Of a stretch of DNA of 64,000 nt, positions 30,696 through 45,737 are shown one piece after another. Position 1 is the stretch's first letter. Each line of letters starts with the position of its first letter. The notes below the pieces were generated by a model. The model worked only from the letters and a program-made list of their open reading frames with translations. It was not told where the DNA came from and searched no databases. Source of the DNA: the human T2T-CHM13v2.0 reference genome, Homo sapiens; assembly GCF_009914755.1 (NCBI RefSeq), contig NC_060927.1. One strand, given 5' to 3'. The translations under genes and the position numbers were made by a program.

Positions 30696-32179
30696 ACCTA
30701 ATTGTTCCCATATAAGTCTATGTTCATACAAGATCTGAAGAGTACACAACACCGTGAGACAGGACAGACATATATTTTAAAAGTTATATTCCTGGTTTCT
30801 GTAAAAATAAAATAGTTGAATTTAAGCTTTCAAGACAAGTCAACGAAAAGAGCAAAAAATGCAAAAGTGAAACTCGAAAGGTCATTTCCCCATCAAGGGC
30901 TCATGATCACTGGACATTCACAAACTATACTGTTCAAAACATTAGATCTGAATTTTGATCCGAGTATCCCTTTAGTAGCAGTTTCATTCAAGGATGTCCA
31001 AGAGGTAAAATAAGACAATATCATTTGCTATTTTCAGTTTTCTTTTCTGAGAACAGCCCAGCATTCTTCTTCAGAGAAATGAATTGTCCTAACTTCATAG
31101 GCTAAAGGCTCATGAGTCATAGTTCTAAGGGCATTAATAAAATATGGTGGTGCATGCTTGTATTCTGAACTTTTCAGGTTTAAACTCTCATATAGTAAAT
31201 GCTAATAGATACAAACCGATTAAAGAAAAGCCCTCTTAATCTGACATTATTTTTCTTTTTATTTCTTCATTTATCAGCAACAGGAGAGTCTAACTAAATG
31301 TGGTAAAGTGGTATGAGGGAATACAATGAACAGTGTAAAATGAATTAAACCAGAGATAATCACACCAATGTGGGTACAAGTGGAAAGTATAATACAAAAC
31401 ACACCAAAGAAAGTGGCAGAAAGGTATATAAACTGTATAACCTCTCACATACCATTTTAGGACACAAAAAATTCTGCATATTATTTCTGAGCATCACAAT
31501 GTAGTTAAAGATTTCAAAAGGGCATTGAAATGAAAAACAACCGACTTATGATGTTGGTAGCCTCTATGCAATCATGTTTTAAAAACTTTAACACCAAAAA
31601 GGCTCAAAATCACCATTTTAAAAGGCTGTGTCTACCAGTCATAAATGAATCATTACTTTCATCATTTGTAGTAGTCAAAGATGCCACAAGCGCACGCATA
31701 CACACATCTATATATACACCTACACACACAGTCTTACTCATTAGAACATCTGATAGGCTTCAGATCATCAGTGTAATAACACTAGCAGCAAGCCTCTGAA
31801 GTTAAAACAGAAACTGACACTTTAATAAGTAAAGCTTTCCTCTAGGTAAAGATCAGAACTCCAACTAGCACTTAACTCACTGGAAATATCTTAAGAGTCT
31901 CAAAATTCACTGCTTTGAATCCCTGACAAGTATAAAAATTTTATACTGAAAACTTCATGCTATTCAAAACATTAAAACAGAAACATCTGACCTAAAGCTT
32001 ACATTTTTAAAATCTTTTTTATGCTTCTAAATTTGTTTTTATTCAAATATGGATACCAACAATAACATTTATGTCAAAGCCTTCTGTTCAATATTGAACA
32101 AATAGAATTAGGAATAAGAATAATATGAGTACATCCAATCATTGAATGTACTTTATTTACAGTATTCCATTAAATGTAC

Positions 32180-32252
32180 CTGCTCTCAATGTCTGTACAT
32201 TCTTTCTTTGTACTGCTCCTTTCACAGCACGATCTTCCACTTCAGTGCTAGG
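32180..32252 (-). pseudogene. ANKRD20A: ANKRD20A-like exon (73 bp, PSTEVEDRAVKGAVQRKNVQTLRA)
   Basis: AG/GT boundaries, open frame. Confidence 0.85.
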
Positions 32253-32343
32253 CTGAATGGGTTTTAAAAGAAAACGATTCATAAATCATATATATTTTAT
32301 ACAACATGGAGTTAGTGATTCAAAAATATACATAATTAATTAC

Positions 32344-32372
32344 CTTCAAGGAAGGATGTTTTGCAGGAGGCC
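32344..32372 (-). pseudogene. ANKRD20A: ANKRD20A-like exon (29 bp, GPPAKHPSLK)
   Basis: ttgcag| ... |gtaatt; the 29/73 bp exon pair is typical of this gene family. Confidence 0.85.
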
Positions 32373-33889
32373 CTGCAAAGCAAAGGGGATATGTCATCAA
32401 TTATATGTAAGTATGACAGGGCCAACCAAACATTCATGCAGTGTTACTGTCGAGCTGAATTCTCAGGCCTGGCTATAAAAATAATTACTTAAGGTTTTGA
32501 GGGTTCTTCTTGGCTTCTTCTTTTCATTGCCTAGGACAGCAACATGACAGAAACACAATGAGGAAAATAGGAATATAGGATTCCCAAAATGCACAGTTTA
32601 CATTTCGGTAGTGAGATTATGTTTCAAATGCCTATACTTAAAATAGAAAAGCATTGATATAACCGTGAACACGTGGACTGATGAGGAGAAAAGGGACCAT
32701 TAAACAGAGGGGCAAATCAAACCTGAGAGAATCAATGTCAAAGCTGATGGTGAATGTACAGAGTATTTTAACTCCACACACCAGAGGCATTGCTGCCAGC
32801 ACAGCACAAATAAATTCCCCTTGTCTTGTCACTGAGGAAATACGCAGTTGGGATGACAGTTCAGATGAATGTGGGATTCACCTCTCATCAAAGAAAGGGT
32901 TCTACATTGATCAGCTAGGATACACACTTATGAAATAACAGCTAATCAAACTACTCATTTTTCCCATGATCACATGGGCTACTGCAGCACCTACATTTCT
33001 CCTATCCCCTCATTTGGCCTTGAATTAGAGCTCCTTGATCCACTCATGCAAGGTGGTCCATAAAACACATCAAATAAACCATGTCGAATAAGCTTCTGAT
33101 ATCAAAATATTTATCAAAAAAGAAAACATTGAATGACCACAGACTTGCTGGATATTAATACATATTTATATTTCAAAATCAGTGCAGTATTTATTGAAAA
33201 TGATAATTTTGGTTTTCATGGAATGAATTTTATGATTACTTCTAAAATTAACTAAGTTTGGTATATTATCTTACACTGTAAAGGACTTTTATAAAACAGC
33301 TATCATATCAAAGAACTGGCTGTCTCAAAAAAATTTCGCCAAAGCATCTATATGCAACTTAATCATATCTTATTCACTCATGTCAGTTAAACTTCTCTCC
33401 CTGAGGCCTGACAGTTATCAAGTGAAATGAGCTGCTGTGGTTTACCCCAACTCTAGCACTCCCTCCTGTCTCCAGTACTCTCCACAGGAATAACCTCTTT
33501 TGTGAGACTGGGCATATGCTGAAGCAACTGGAAGTGAGTTGTCTCAAGTTTACTTGGCTTTAACTCCCAAGACCCCAGCAAATGTCCTTCTTTCCTCCTT
33601 TTGTGTCCTTTCACCATCCCTCTTCCTTTGAAAAAATGATTATCAGAACTGTCATCCTGATGCTTCCCTTCCTAACTGCTTTTTATGGATGATTGTGACC
33701 ACTTTTTTCATCTGTATTCAGCAGTAGTATACACCTGTAATCTCTCTTTTTTCATCTCATTTTCCTTCCCCTGTGGCTAGAATCATGCTCAGAAATAAAA
33801 GGAAATTAAAGCTTTCCCTGGATTCTGTTATTTTTTAAATTGCTCTCCAGTGGTTCTTTTTCCAGATTTCTCTAAAGGAAAGCTATTCC

Positions 33890-34035
33890 CTTGCTATTCA
33901 GAGCTGTGTCCAAGGACCAGCACAAACATCACCTGAGTGCTCATGAGAAATGCAGACTCCAATACCTGCTGAGTCAGAATGTGCACTTTCCAGAAGCTCC
34001 TCAACGAATTCATGACAATTTGAATGCCCTGTTCC
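33890..34035. mobile_element. MER5A-like hAT DNA transposon relic
   Basis: accagca..catcacctgag..gaaatgcagact..ctgagtcagaa motif. Confidence 0.6.
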
Positions 34036-34741
34036 ACACTGGTGTGCTTCCATATTGGTTTACCCTAACTGGCCTTTTTGGCCTAGCCTCAACTTCTTTC
34101 CTATTATGTCCCTGAATTTAATACTACGTTATAAACCATAATGTTTCTAATGAACTTTTAATCAGGCAAAGCTTCTCTAATTAATTTCTTCCCAATAAAT
34201 CACCCAACACTATTCTTTTCATTTTCTATAAAAGCAAATTATAGCCATACATGGCTGACCATTTACGGTGATGTTCATCTATGGTAGATAAAACACAGGT
34301 CTGCATGGTAAAGTACCTCAATCCTTAATGCCTCCCCAGTAGCGAGAATGACAGCAAGAGAAGGAAAATGTTACTGTAATTATATGACACATTTTGGTAC
34401 TGGAAGCTCACTTTATCTTCCTTCCTATTTCTAACACCCTGTTCTTCCTTCTTCTACAGATCAATTTGACTTTACTACCCTCCATTACATACATCCACTC
34501 TTTTTTATTTATTCCATGTACACTCTTCCCTCCTCATTCTTTCTTTCTCTTTTATTCATTTCCTCTTCCCTCTCTCCTGACTTGCCTCAGGTCTTAGAGT
34601 ATGTTAAAATGGAGCTCATAACTCAGCTCCTTTAGTGGTACTTCCAATAGAATCAACTGCTGACCCTTGGTTAGAGACACCACTTATCACCATTTCATTT
34701 CTCTTTTACTTATGATACAGTTAATAGGACATTTTCTTTAG

Positions 34742-35083
<342 letters not shown>

Positions 35084-35122
35084 CTCCATCAAATGACTTT
35101 TTAAATAAAATACGGTTCTCAC

Positions 35123-35207
35123 CTTTTCCTTTTCCATTGACTATTCTGTTTCCTTTTTCATGAGAAGGTCCACGTAAAGGCTCTGACACTTTCTCGGGGA
35201 CACACTG
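35123..35207 (-). pseudogene. ANKRD20A: ANKRD20A-like exon (85 bp, QCVPEKVSEPLRGPSHEKGNRIVNGKGK)
   Basis: tag|CAG acceptor, |gtgag donor, open frame. Confidence 0.85.
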
Positions 35208-35277
35208 CTAAGGTAATATCAAGAATTAGTTTCCATTTAAAATTATAATGAGTTGCATCAAGAGTTTCTTATCAATC

Positions 35278-35576
35278 TCTTTTTATGAAACTGGGTCTCA
35301 CTCTGTCAACCCAGGGCTAGAATGCAGGGGCCTGATTATGGCTCACTGTGGTCTCAAACTCCTGACCTCAAGCAATCTTCCCACCTCAACTTCCTGGATA
35401 GCTGGAACTACAGGTGCATATCATCATGTCATGCTAATGTTTTTATTGTTATCTTTGTAGAGACAAGGCCTCATTTTACCTCCCAGGCTGGTCTCAAGCT
35501 CCTGGGATCAAGCAAATCTTCCACTTCTGCCTCCCAAAGTGTTGAGATAAGCAGTGTGCACCACCACACCCAGCCC
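35278..35576 (-). mobile_element. AluJ-like
   Basis: Diverged dimer. Confidence 0.85.
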
Positions 35577-35591
35577 TAATCAATTTCTTTA

Positions 35592-35956
<365 letters not shown>

Positions 35957-36277
35957 TCAATGAAATATGAGCTTAAGCCAAGAAAGAAAACGAAAAACAT
36001 GAAGTATAATAAAGTACATGGGGAAATAGATCTATAACAGAGCCTTCGGTCTTTCATAACTCTGATAATACTAATTAATATTTATGCTGCAATTAGTTTT
36101 TTGTAAGTACTTCTGTGATAGTGTTTCTTACTATAAGACATTCAATTAGCTAAATATGGTCATCTACCATTACCTGAAAGAACATTATTATAACAGAGAG
36201 AGAAAACTGGAACTTTCCATCAACTTTCCACCCAGAAAAAGAATTGGTCACCAGAATTCTAAAGAGTAATGTATGGC

Positions 36278-37051
36278 AGACACATGAAAAAATGCTCATC
36301 ATCACTGGCCATCAGAGAAATGCAAATCGAAACTACTATGAGATATCATTTCACACCAGTTAGAATGGCAATCATTAAAAAGTCAGGAATCAACAGGTGC
36401 TGGAGAGGATGTGGAGAAATAGGAACACTTTTACACTGTTGGTGGGACTGTAAACTAGTTCAACCATTGTGGAAGACAGTGTGGAGATTCCTCAAGGATC
36501 AAGAATTAGAAATACCATTTGATCCAGCCATCCCATTACTGGATATATATGCAAAGGATTATAAATCATGCTGCTATAAAGACACATGCACATGTATGTT
36601 TATTGTGGCACTATTCACAATAGCAAAGACTTGGAACCAACCCATATGCCCATCAATGATAGACTGGATTAAGAAAATGTGGCACTTACACACCATGGAA
36701 TACTATGCAGCATAAAAAAATGATGAGTTCATGTCCTTTGTAGGGACATGGATGAAGCTGGAAACCATCATTCTGAGCAAACTGTTGCAAGGACAGAAAA
36801 CCAAACACCACATGTTCTCACTCATAGGTGGGAACTGAACAATGAGAACACTTGGACACAGGATGGGGAACATCACACACCAGGGCCTGTCATGGGGTGG
36901 GGGGAGAGGGGAGGAATAGCATTAGGAGATATACCTAATATAAATGATGAGTTAATGGGTGCAGCACACCAACATGACACATGTATACATATTTAACAAA
37001 CCTGCACGTTGTGCACATGTACCCTAGAACTTAAAGTATAATAATAATAAT
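36278..37051 (+). mobile_element. 5'-truncated L1PA (ORF2 C-terminus plus 3'UTR)
   Basis: ORF 36269-36715 is L1 ORF2; 17-bp TSD AAAGAGTAATGTATGGC at 36261-36277 and 37052-37068. Confidence 0.95.
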
Positions 37052-37419
37052 AAAGAGTAATGTATGGCTTGAAACGGTATATTTAATGGAACATGAGTTG
37101 GGTCTAATAAAAAGCTTAAGAAATGTTAATCTAAAATCTCAATGTTAAGATTCCAGTTGAATGATACTAGAAAATATATTGTAACCCTCTTTGCTACCGA
37201 TGACCTATTTCTCTTTTATTTCCTTTTTAATTATGGCATAATTTCTCAACATAACATGTCAAAACTTATACACCCTTAAATATTAAAAAATAATACAATG
37301 TAAGCAATATTTTAAATACAATATTTAATGATTAGATACATTAGGTTTATTATATTACTTATAACATTCCATTATATAAAAATTCATTTGTTTATTTATT
37401 CAGATTAAACAACTATTAA

Positions 37420-37712
37420 GGCTGAATGTCTCATGTCTGTAACCCCAGCACTTTGAGAGGCTGAGGCGAGCAGAACACTTGAGCCCAACAGTTAAAGAAG
37501 AGCCTGGGCAACAAGGCAAAACCCTATCTCTACAAAACTCAGCCCAGCATGGTGACACAGGTCTATGGTGACATAGCTCTATTGTTTCAACTACTTGGAT
37601 GGCTGAGGTGTGAGGATCACCTGAGCCTAGGAAATGGAGATCGGAGTGAGCCAAGATCTCACTAGTGCCCTCCAGCCTGGGTGACAGAGTGAAACCCCAT
37701 CTCAAAAAACAA
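37420..37712 (+). mobile_element. AluJ-like
   Basis: Diverged dimer. Confidence 0.85.
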
Positions 37713-37894
37713 CAAGTAAAATGCTTCTTACATGGAAGACTGTATTCTAGGTACTCCAGGATACACACAAATATGTTTACTGACCTCCAGTAGCTTATGG
37801 TATGCAGGAGCTTCCAATGATCATTTAAAAAACTAAATAGAAAACCTTCTGACATTCAAACTTTCAGAATATGATATAAGGACTTTGAATGGTT

Positions 37895-38233
<339 letters not shown>

Positions 38234-39160
38234 TAAACTACAATGACAAAATTATGATGATAAAGACTTACCATATTGGTATTAAGAGTCTCTGCTTCTA
38301 GAACTGGTTATTTGCAGGAAAATACATGTTATTCAATTAGATGAAGTGTTTTATATAAACTCTTCATGGACAACTCATAAATCACATAAAAATCCCTTTG
38401 CAATACAAATCTTGAGAACATAAATTTAAATTTCTACATTTCCACAATTTATATTTTTAAATCAGATACAATGTTGCCCAGGCTGTTCTCAAACTCCTGT
38501 GTTCAAGCAATTTTACTGTCTCAAACTCCCAAGTAGCAGGGACTACAGGTGTACACCACCAAACTCAGCTATTTTTCTACAATTTTTAATACTTTTTTAG
38601 TCTCACTACAGAACCAATAATATAAGTAGAGAAACAATCTCTCCTAAAAACTATATGACACCAAAATGATAAGTTTCCAAGAACAAAAGCTATATGCTAT
38701 GTGCTGAACATTTCTGCCACTAAAAATTACCAGGAGGATTCCATGATTACTGCAAACAATTTGATCCACTGAAGATTTATACAGGAATAAATATTAAGAA
38801 AGTCACACTCGTATGATTTAAAAGTCAAAGTAGTAGTATTTATCCAAATAAACTTTAACCAAATTTCATATTTCCTCTATTGGAGAAAACATTTCCTAAT
38901 GTGATTTTCCTGTGACTACTTGTTTTCCAGTTCATTTATTTTTCAGCTCCCACCCTGTCACAGTACTTACCAATCTTTATTAGTTACCAAAGTTAAACAC
39001 ATTTTTTGAATCAACTAGCCATGTGTATGTTTTTCTCTGACCAGCTTTCCATTACCACCATAAAACAATGATAGGTAAACCACTGCTAAATTTGAAAAGT
39101 AAATACTATGCAAAACTACACTCAGAGTGAGAAGATTAATTTTACAAGAGACCACTTTAC

Positions 39161-39230
39161 CTTAGTAGCAACACTCAAGTCTTCATCATCCAATGTAGGC
39201 AATGAATCCACACACAGTTCATGCAAAATG
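39161..39230 (-). pseudogene. ANKRD20A: ANKRD20A-like exon (70 bp, SILHELCVDSLPTLDDEDLSVATK)
   Basis: AG/GT boundaries, open frame, phase-compatible with neighbours. Confidence 0.85.
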
Positions 39231-41900
39231 CTTGAGAGCAAAAATACACAATGAAAATGAGCAAGTTGATTTCTTTACAATTTTTTTAACTGCCAGTTTA
39301 TATCCAGCTTCCCCCTCAAAAAAAGGAAAACATAATCTGGGGAAAGGTCAGTGATCTATATATTAAATTATGATTCTTGATATAATTAAAATATGTCCTC
39401 TGTTCTAAAAATAGATTTTAGTTACCTATTTCTGCCTCCACCTGTCTAAATCTATAAAATATTCAATGAAAACTTACCTTGAGGTTTATAACAAATAGTG
39501 ACAGTCAATATATTGGCAGAGCCTGACAATAATGTGCCCTCACAAATTATCTGTCCTGAAGCTGAACTTAAAATTCAATTAATGGATGACATAAATTTTG
39601 TTCCCTAAACTGGAATAAAACTGATGACCTAAAACAAGGTAGAAAGATCCACTGTCTCTTTTCTGTGATCTGTCTCTGGATAAAAGACTAATCTACATCA
39701 CTTCAAAATGGTAGTCTTGATTCCTCAGCATGGATCCAACTTAGGAAGGTCCTATTGCTTTCCTTTACCCTAAATTGGTACAGGAAAGCCCCCACAATAT
39801 TTGAAATGTATGAAAGCTAAATGTACAGAAGTCAAATAGCAAAGGTGTATGTTCTTACTGAGAATACTTTTCCCAGAAATATTAAAATATTAACAATTAT
39901 AAAATCCCATTATTTTCACTCTATAGGTCCTACCTTATTCAGGTCCACATAAACTAGCAAGCCCTTAAAAATTTTCATAGGCACTCAGACACCCAAGGAG
40001 AGAGACTGCGAGGAAAGAAACAGAGTCATGATAGTTGTACCTCTATTTCCCTAAGTACTATCTAAGTATATTTCTTCCTATGGACACCCACTTCCAGATT
40101 CTACTTCTGCAGGGTTCCACAGAAGTCTCCAATCTTCAAATCTTCAGTGTATGAAAGCACAGATTCCTGAAAGAATGGCCTCAAATGACCAGGAGTAGGA
40201 GCTCTCTATATCCCTGCTCCTGAAAAACAAGCTAACTGGAGTCTCCATCACCTGCCACCAGCTATACACACTACCAACTACCCAACTGAACTCCATGACT
40301 GATTTGCCAGCTAATCATGCCCCTGACCCAGCCCACATGGACATGGGAAGGACATCAGTGAACTGTGAAAAGAGAGGTGAGGAGACACCTGTCCTGTGCC
40401 ACACATCTATGTAGTTCAGCAATTTCCTTAGTACTCCAGGGGCTCTAAGCCACCCCTTTGTAAGTCAGGATGGAAGTAGATGATACCACATTTCTATCTG
40501 CTGTAGACATTCTTCCCAGTGTCTCAAAATGTTTTGGCATCTTTCAGTAAAAATCTTCAAGTTTGTCAGTCCTTGATTTAAAAAAAAAAGCAGCAAAATT
40601 TTTAGAGCTCCCTTGAACCTTCTATTTTAATGTGCCTTTGTAGATAATTCCCAACATCTTGTGTCCTTCATTTTTATAATTTATCTTTATCAAACTTGTC
40701 ATAAACCCCAATACTTTGATCTCTTGTAGAAGAGTCCGTACTCCTATCCAGTCCAGTGTTGTTTATCTTCAAACTTGGACTTCCCCTGCTCATTCCATTC
40801 TTATCTACTTCCATTGGGTTCACCAGCTAATTCCATTCTCATTCTATCCACAGGCTCACTCCCGTTTGTATTATTAAAACACACGCCAATAGGACATAAA
40901 AAGAAGCAAGAGTACTGGGCTTTACCATGAGTTCAAATCTCATTTCTGCCAATTCCTATGTCTAAAAAAAAAAGCTTCCTAATCTCTTTGAGCCTCACAT
41001 TCTCTATCTAGAGAATCACTTGACCAGAATGTTCAATGCAGATAAAAATACTAGAAGGTATTTTAATTCATTCCAAGATTCCTTAAAATTCTGTAATTCT
41101 ATGTCCTCTTGATTCTGTCTATAGAAAAACTTGGAATACATAGGCAGCAGAGTTTGAAAAAAATAATAGAACAAAAGAAACACCAAGAAAAACAGAGAAG
41201 AAAGTTTTAAAAAATGAAGACAAGATTATATAAAAGTCATGGAAAAAGCAACAAGACTAAAAAATGTATTATGGAAGTAAGCAGAAATACTTGCCTAAAT
41301 GGAAAACCAAACTGGGAAGTCAAATAATTTGTCTCTAAGACTTGCCTAAACTTGCTTTGGTAAAACTTACAGTCCTATGGCCAAAGCTAAGTCAGATCTG
41401 CCCTAGAGCCTTTGAAGGTAAAAATAAGATACTGGTTACCACTGAAATCGTCAAATTTATTAGGACTAACCACATTCTAACAATAAACTTAAATGAGAGT
41501 TCAAGGTATTTAAACTCTCATTAATTTAGAAGTTAATCAAATTAATGAATCCGATTGATCTGATTCAGACCTATACTTTGATCCAAGGGCTGCACAGATA
41601 TCTATCAATCTATGCTGAGGAGCAAGAGAAAGGATTTGGAAGGCAGGCAGTCTGATGGTCAAACTGCAGGCCAGCTACTTTGTTAACTATGGGATCATGA
41701 GGCAATTAATCAGCTCTAATCCATAGTTGTTTATTTAACAGTAGGTTATAGGAACACAGATGTTATGATGGCTTTATGAGATGATAAATGCATAGAACAT
41801 ATTAGGATGTCTAGCCCAGAATACAACACTCAACAGATATTAGTTTCTTCCATCTATATTTTCTTAGTTAACATAATTTTTTAAATCTATGAAATCTTAC

Positions 41901-41931
41901 CTGACTGCAGATTCATCAGGAATTCCAACAT
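41901..41931 (-). pseudogene. ANKRD20A: ANKRD20A-like exon (31 bp, DVGIPDESAVS), the most 5' exon retained
   Basis: taatag|ATGTTGGAATTCCTGATGAATCTGCAGTCAG|gtaaga; matches the recalled DVGSSDESAVS. Confidence 0.85.
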
Positions 41932-41999
41932 CTATTAAAGAAAAAGGTAAAATGCATTTTAAATCAATAATAAATGTACAGAATATTAAAATCATAAGA

Positions 42000-42125
42000 A
42001 TGCACAGTGATGCATGCCTCTAATCCAAACTACTTGAGAGGATGAGGCAGGAGGATCACTTGAGGAGCCCAGAAGTTTGAGACCAGCTTGGGCAACATAA
42101 TAAGACTCTACCTTCATAAAAAAAT
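42000..42125 (+). mobile_element. Alu monomer (FLAM-like)
   Basis: Left-arm motifs and short A tail. Confidence 0.7.
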
Positions 42126-42155
42126 TGTGCACACTTGTGTGTATGCTTTAGATCC

Positions 42156-42158
42156 TGT

Positions 42159-42197
<39 letters not shown>

Positions 42198-42214
42198 TGG
42201 TTTGGTTTGGTTTT
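42156..42214. repeat. (GTT)n microsatellite
   Basis: Seen directly; explains the poly-Q in ORF 42114-42422. Confidence 0.95.
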
Positions 42215-43849
42215 TTAAAGCATAAGACTGACGCTTTGTTACAAAGCATTCCTTTGGGAGCATGCCTGGGATCTTATTAGAATTAACATTCATTATACGT
42301 ATTGGTAGGTAATTAATGCAGTAAGAACTCTTCCCTCTGTGTTTATTAGATGCAAAGAAGAATAAATTTATTAAAATTTGGTATCTACAAGTGAACTGCA
42401 GTATACAAGTCATCCTAGCCAAAGCCTATGAGATTGAGTAAAAATGGTATTGTTAGCAGAACAGGTGTGATGAGTCAACAGTGTCAAAGAGCATGATTTC
42501 TGGACCAAAATATGAGGGGTCATTACAACAGAGTATACACTAGTACCCCTTATCCACTATATGCGCAGAAAGACATACTTGACACGTTTTTCTCTGCTGT
42601 CACACCACAGCAACAATCATCAACAAAGAAGGCTTCTGTGACCAAATGTGTGGAGAGTTTTTCCCCACCAACAAACAAGCAATCATTCCTGCTGATGACA
42701 CAATTCAATTCTCACACCCTATCTACAGATAACATCAGATTTAATTTAATTTATAAATTAAACTTTCTCATAGATATGTATGTATAGGGAAAAACAGCTT
42801 GTGATTCAGTACTATTCATGGTTTCATGCATGCACTGGGGGTCTTGGAATGTATCTCCCACAGTTAAGATGTAGTTACTGCACTTATTTTGTTATAACAC
42901 AACACAGCCTCTCTAGCTCTTCAGTTCAAACTGTTTAGTTTAGAATAAAACATGCTATCGCCAGAAACCAACAAAACATAGGAATCAGACCAGAAACAGG
43001 AATCCTTGCAAAGACTTTCCAGCCACCAGTGGAGAAGATCTCAAGAGAGATCAGTGTGTTACTCTGGCTAATACTCTTCTGGGTAAGGTGCTGGGTGGTT
43101 TCCTTAGTTGTAGCTATTTGCTCTGGCCTACGTATAACAAGGCCCAAATTCACCTGCCATTTTACCTCCCACGAAAGAACCACTGGAAAGATCACTCCGT
43201 TAAGAGCTTATCCACATTCAGAGAGAAGCTGAATAAACACTGGGGAGGTATGGCAGGCTGCCGGGCAATATTATCTGATGTGAAAAAATATATAGAAAGA
43301 AAACTATCAATGCCCTTTTACTACCAGAATGTTCTAATGCTTGCCCATCTCCCTAGTAGGAGAAAAAAATTTTTGCACCTCACATAAAGCAAAACTCCCT
43401 TGTCATCTCTCATGACAGAATCTAGTTGTAGGTGAGTCATGTCATCATAATACAGGCTGTTGTCAACCTCATCCCTCAAAGGAAGAGGATCAGTGAGGAA
43501 CTTATGTATTTACCTAATAGCATTCACTGCCTGGTCTTATTTCCAACCGAAGGTAAGTATGAAAGACTTTGTGATTCCAGTTTTATAAAGCACAACCCTT
43601 TGCACTTGTCCCCTTCCATTGCTAAAAAGTCTATCTGGACCCACCTCACAGAGCAAGATGCTCCAGGTTGTGCTGTGTAGTACGGCGTGGTGTCCTTTTC
43701 CTCAACCCTTTCTATTATGTGCCACATATCTATACAAATCATGTTTTCTAAGTATGTAAATCATATCTCAACAGAATACATCATTCTTTACAATGATAAA
43801 GAAGCAAAAGAAAAACAAAAGGACAAAGAACATCTTAAATGACTACATT

Positions 43850-44335
43850 CAACTGCCATGGAGCTTTAATTTTTTAACTACTCAAAAAGATATCCATTCT
43901 TCTTATTCCAACTATATGACTCTTCTGAAAAAAGTAAAACTATGAAGACAGAGTAAACATCAATTGTTGTCACGAGTTGCTAGGGAGAAAGGGAGAGATG
44001 AACAGGCATAGCACAGAGAATTTTTAGGGCGGTGAAACTGTTCTGTCGATAATATTACAGTAATAGATACATGTCATGTCATTATACATTTGTCCAAATT
44101 CACAGAATGTACAGCATCAAGAGTGAGGCCTGATGTAAACTATGAACTTCAAGTGATTATAATGTGTCAATGTAAGTTCATCAGTTGTAACAAATGGACC
44201 ACTCTCTGGTGGAAAATATTAATAATGGGGGAGGCTATGCGTGTTTGGGAGGCATGGGATATATGAGAAATCTCTGTACCTTCCTCTCAATTTTGCTGTG
44301 AACCTAAAACTACTCTAAGAAATAAGGTTATTGAT
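43850..44335 (+). mobile_element. Old L1 (L1MC-like) 3' end
   Basis: gtaaactatgaacttcaagtgattataatgtgtcaatgtaagttcatc motif. Confidence 0.7.
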
Positions 44336-44351
44336 TTAAAAAAAATATTCA

Positions 44352-45005
<654 letters not shown>

Positions 45006-45576
45006 GTAAATAAAATTAAAAATAAAGATATTCACTGAACCTGTTACTATGATATATTTAAGCAAGACACGGTGACCCTAAAAATTAGAGATCATTGAAG
45101 ACCAAAGTAACAACACGTGGTCATTATTTCTCAAATTGAAGTATATAAAATATATAAAATAAATAAATTTAATTGCATGCTTAGGTAAGAAAATATTGAT
45201 AAAAATGATTGAATATTTTATCTTATTTCATAATTCTAAGCAGGGCTTTAGCACAATATGAAAACTAGATTATTCATGTAATCCAAATAAAAGACAATTT
45301 TTATTCTAATTTTAACTCAGAAATTATTTTGCTTATTTAACAATTTTACTGAAAGGTAAATGAGATAAATAAGACAGATTATAATTACCTAACATTGCTA
45401 TGGTAACTTATGTACAAATAGCTGTTCGTCACTGAAAGTCAAAAAAGTAACCAGCGCTGCAACTTAAGATGGATCATACAACAGAAATTAGTACCAAGTT
45501 ACCTCATCTTATAATATTATGTTATTAAAATGAAATTTTAAAACAACACCAAAAATTAAGTTGGGGCTATACAAAG

Positions 45577-45737
45577 TGTGCAGAAAAGATTTCATATAAC
45601 AGGCAAGAGACTGCCATCGTTAGAAAGGCCTGCATGCAAGGCTGGCCCTTGGCTGGTGTTTAGGAAATTGGAATTGGGAGGGTTTCCACCATTCCCTGAG
45701 AAGAGTGGCTCACTGTGTCTAAAGTTTTTATAGAAAC
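45577..45737 (+). mobile_element. MER21-like LTR, 5' ~160 bp only (truncated)
   Basis: TGTGCAGAAAAGA..ttagaaaggcctgc..ggcccttggctgg start; similarity stops abruptly. Confidence 0.6.

Noticed and set aside
32489-32530. Possible 42-bp extra exon (ctag|GCAATG..CCTTAA|gtaatt)
   Set aside because: Weak donor, no recognisable family peptide, and the neighbouring exons already join in phase.
36269-36996. 148-aa ORF
   Set aside because: C-terminus of L1 ORF2 in a 5'-truncated element.
42114-42422. Poly-glutamine ORF
   Set aside because: Artefact of an intronic (GTT)n microsatellite.
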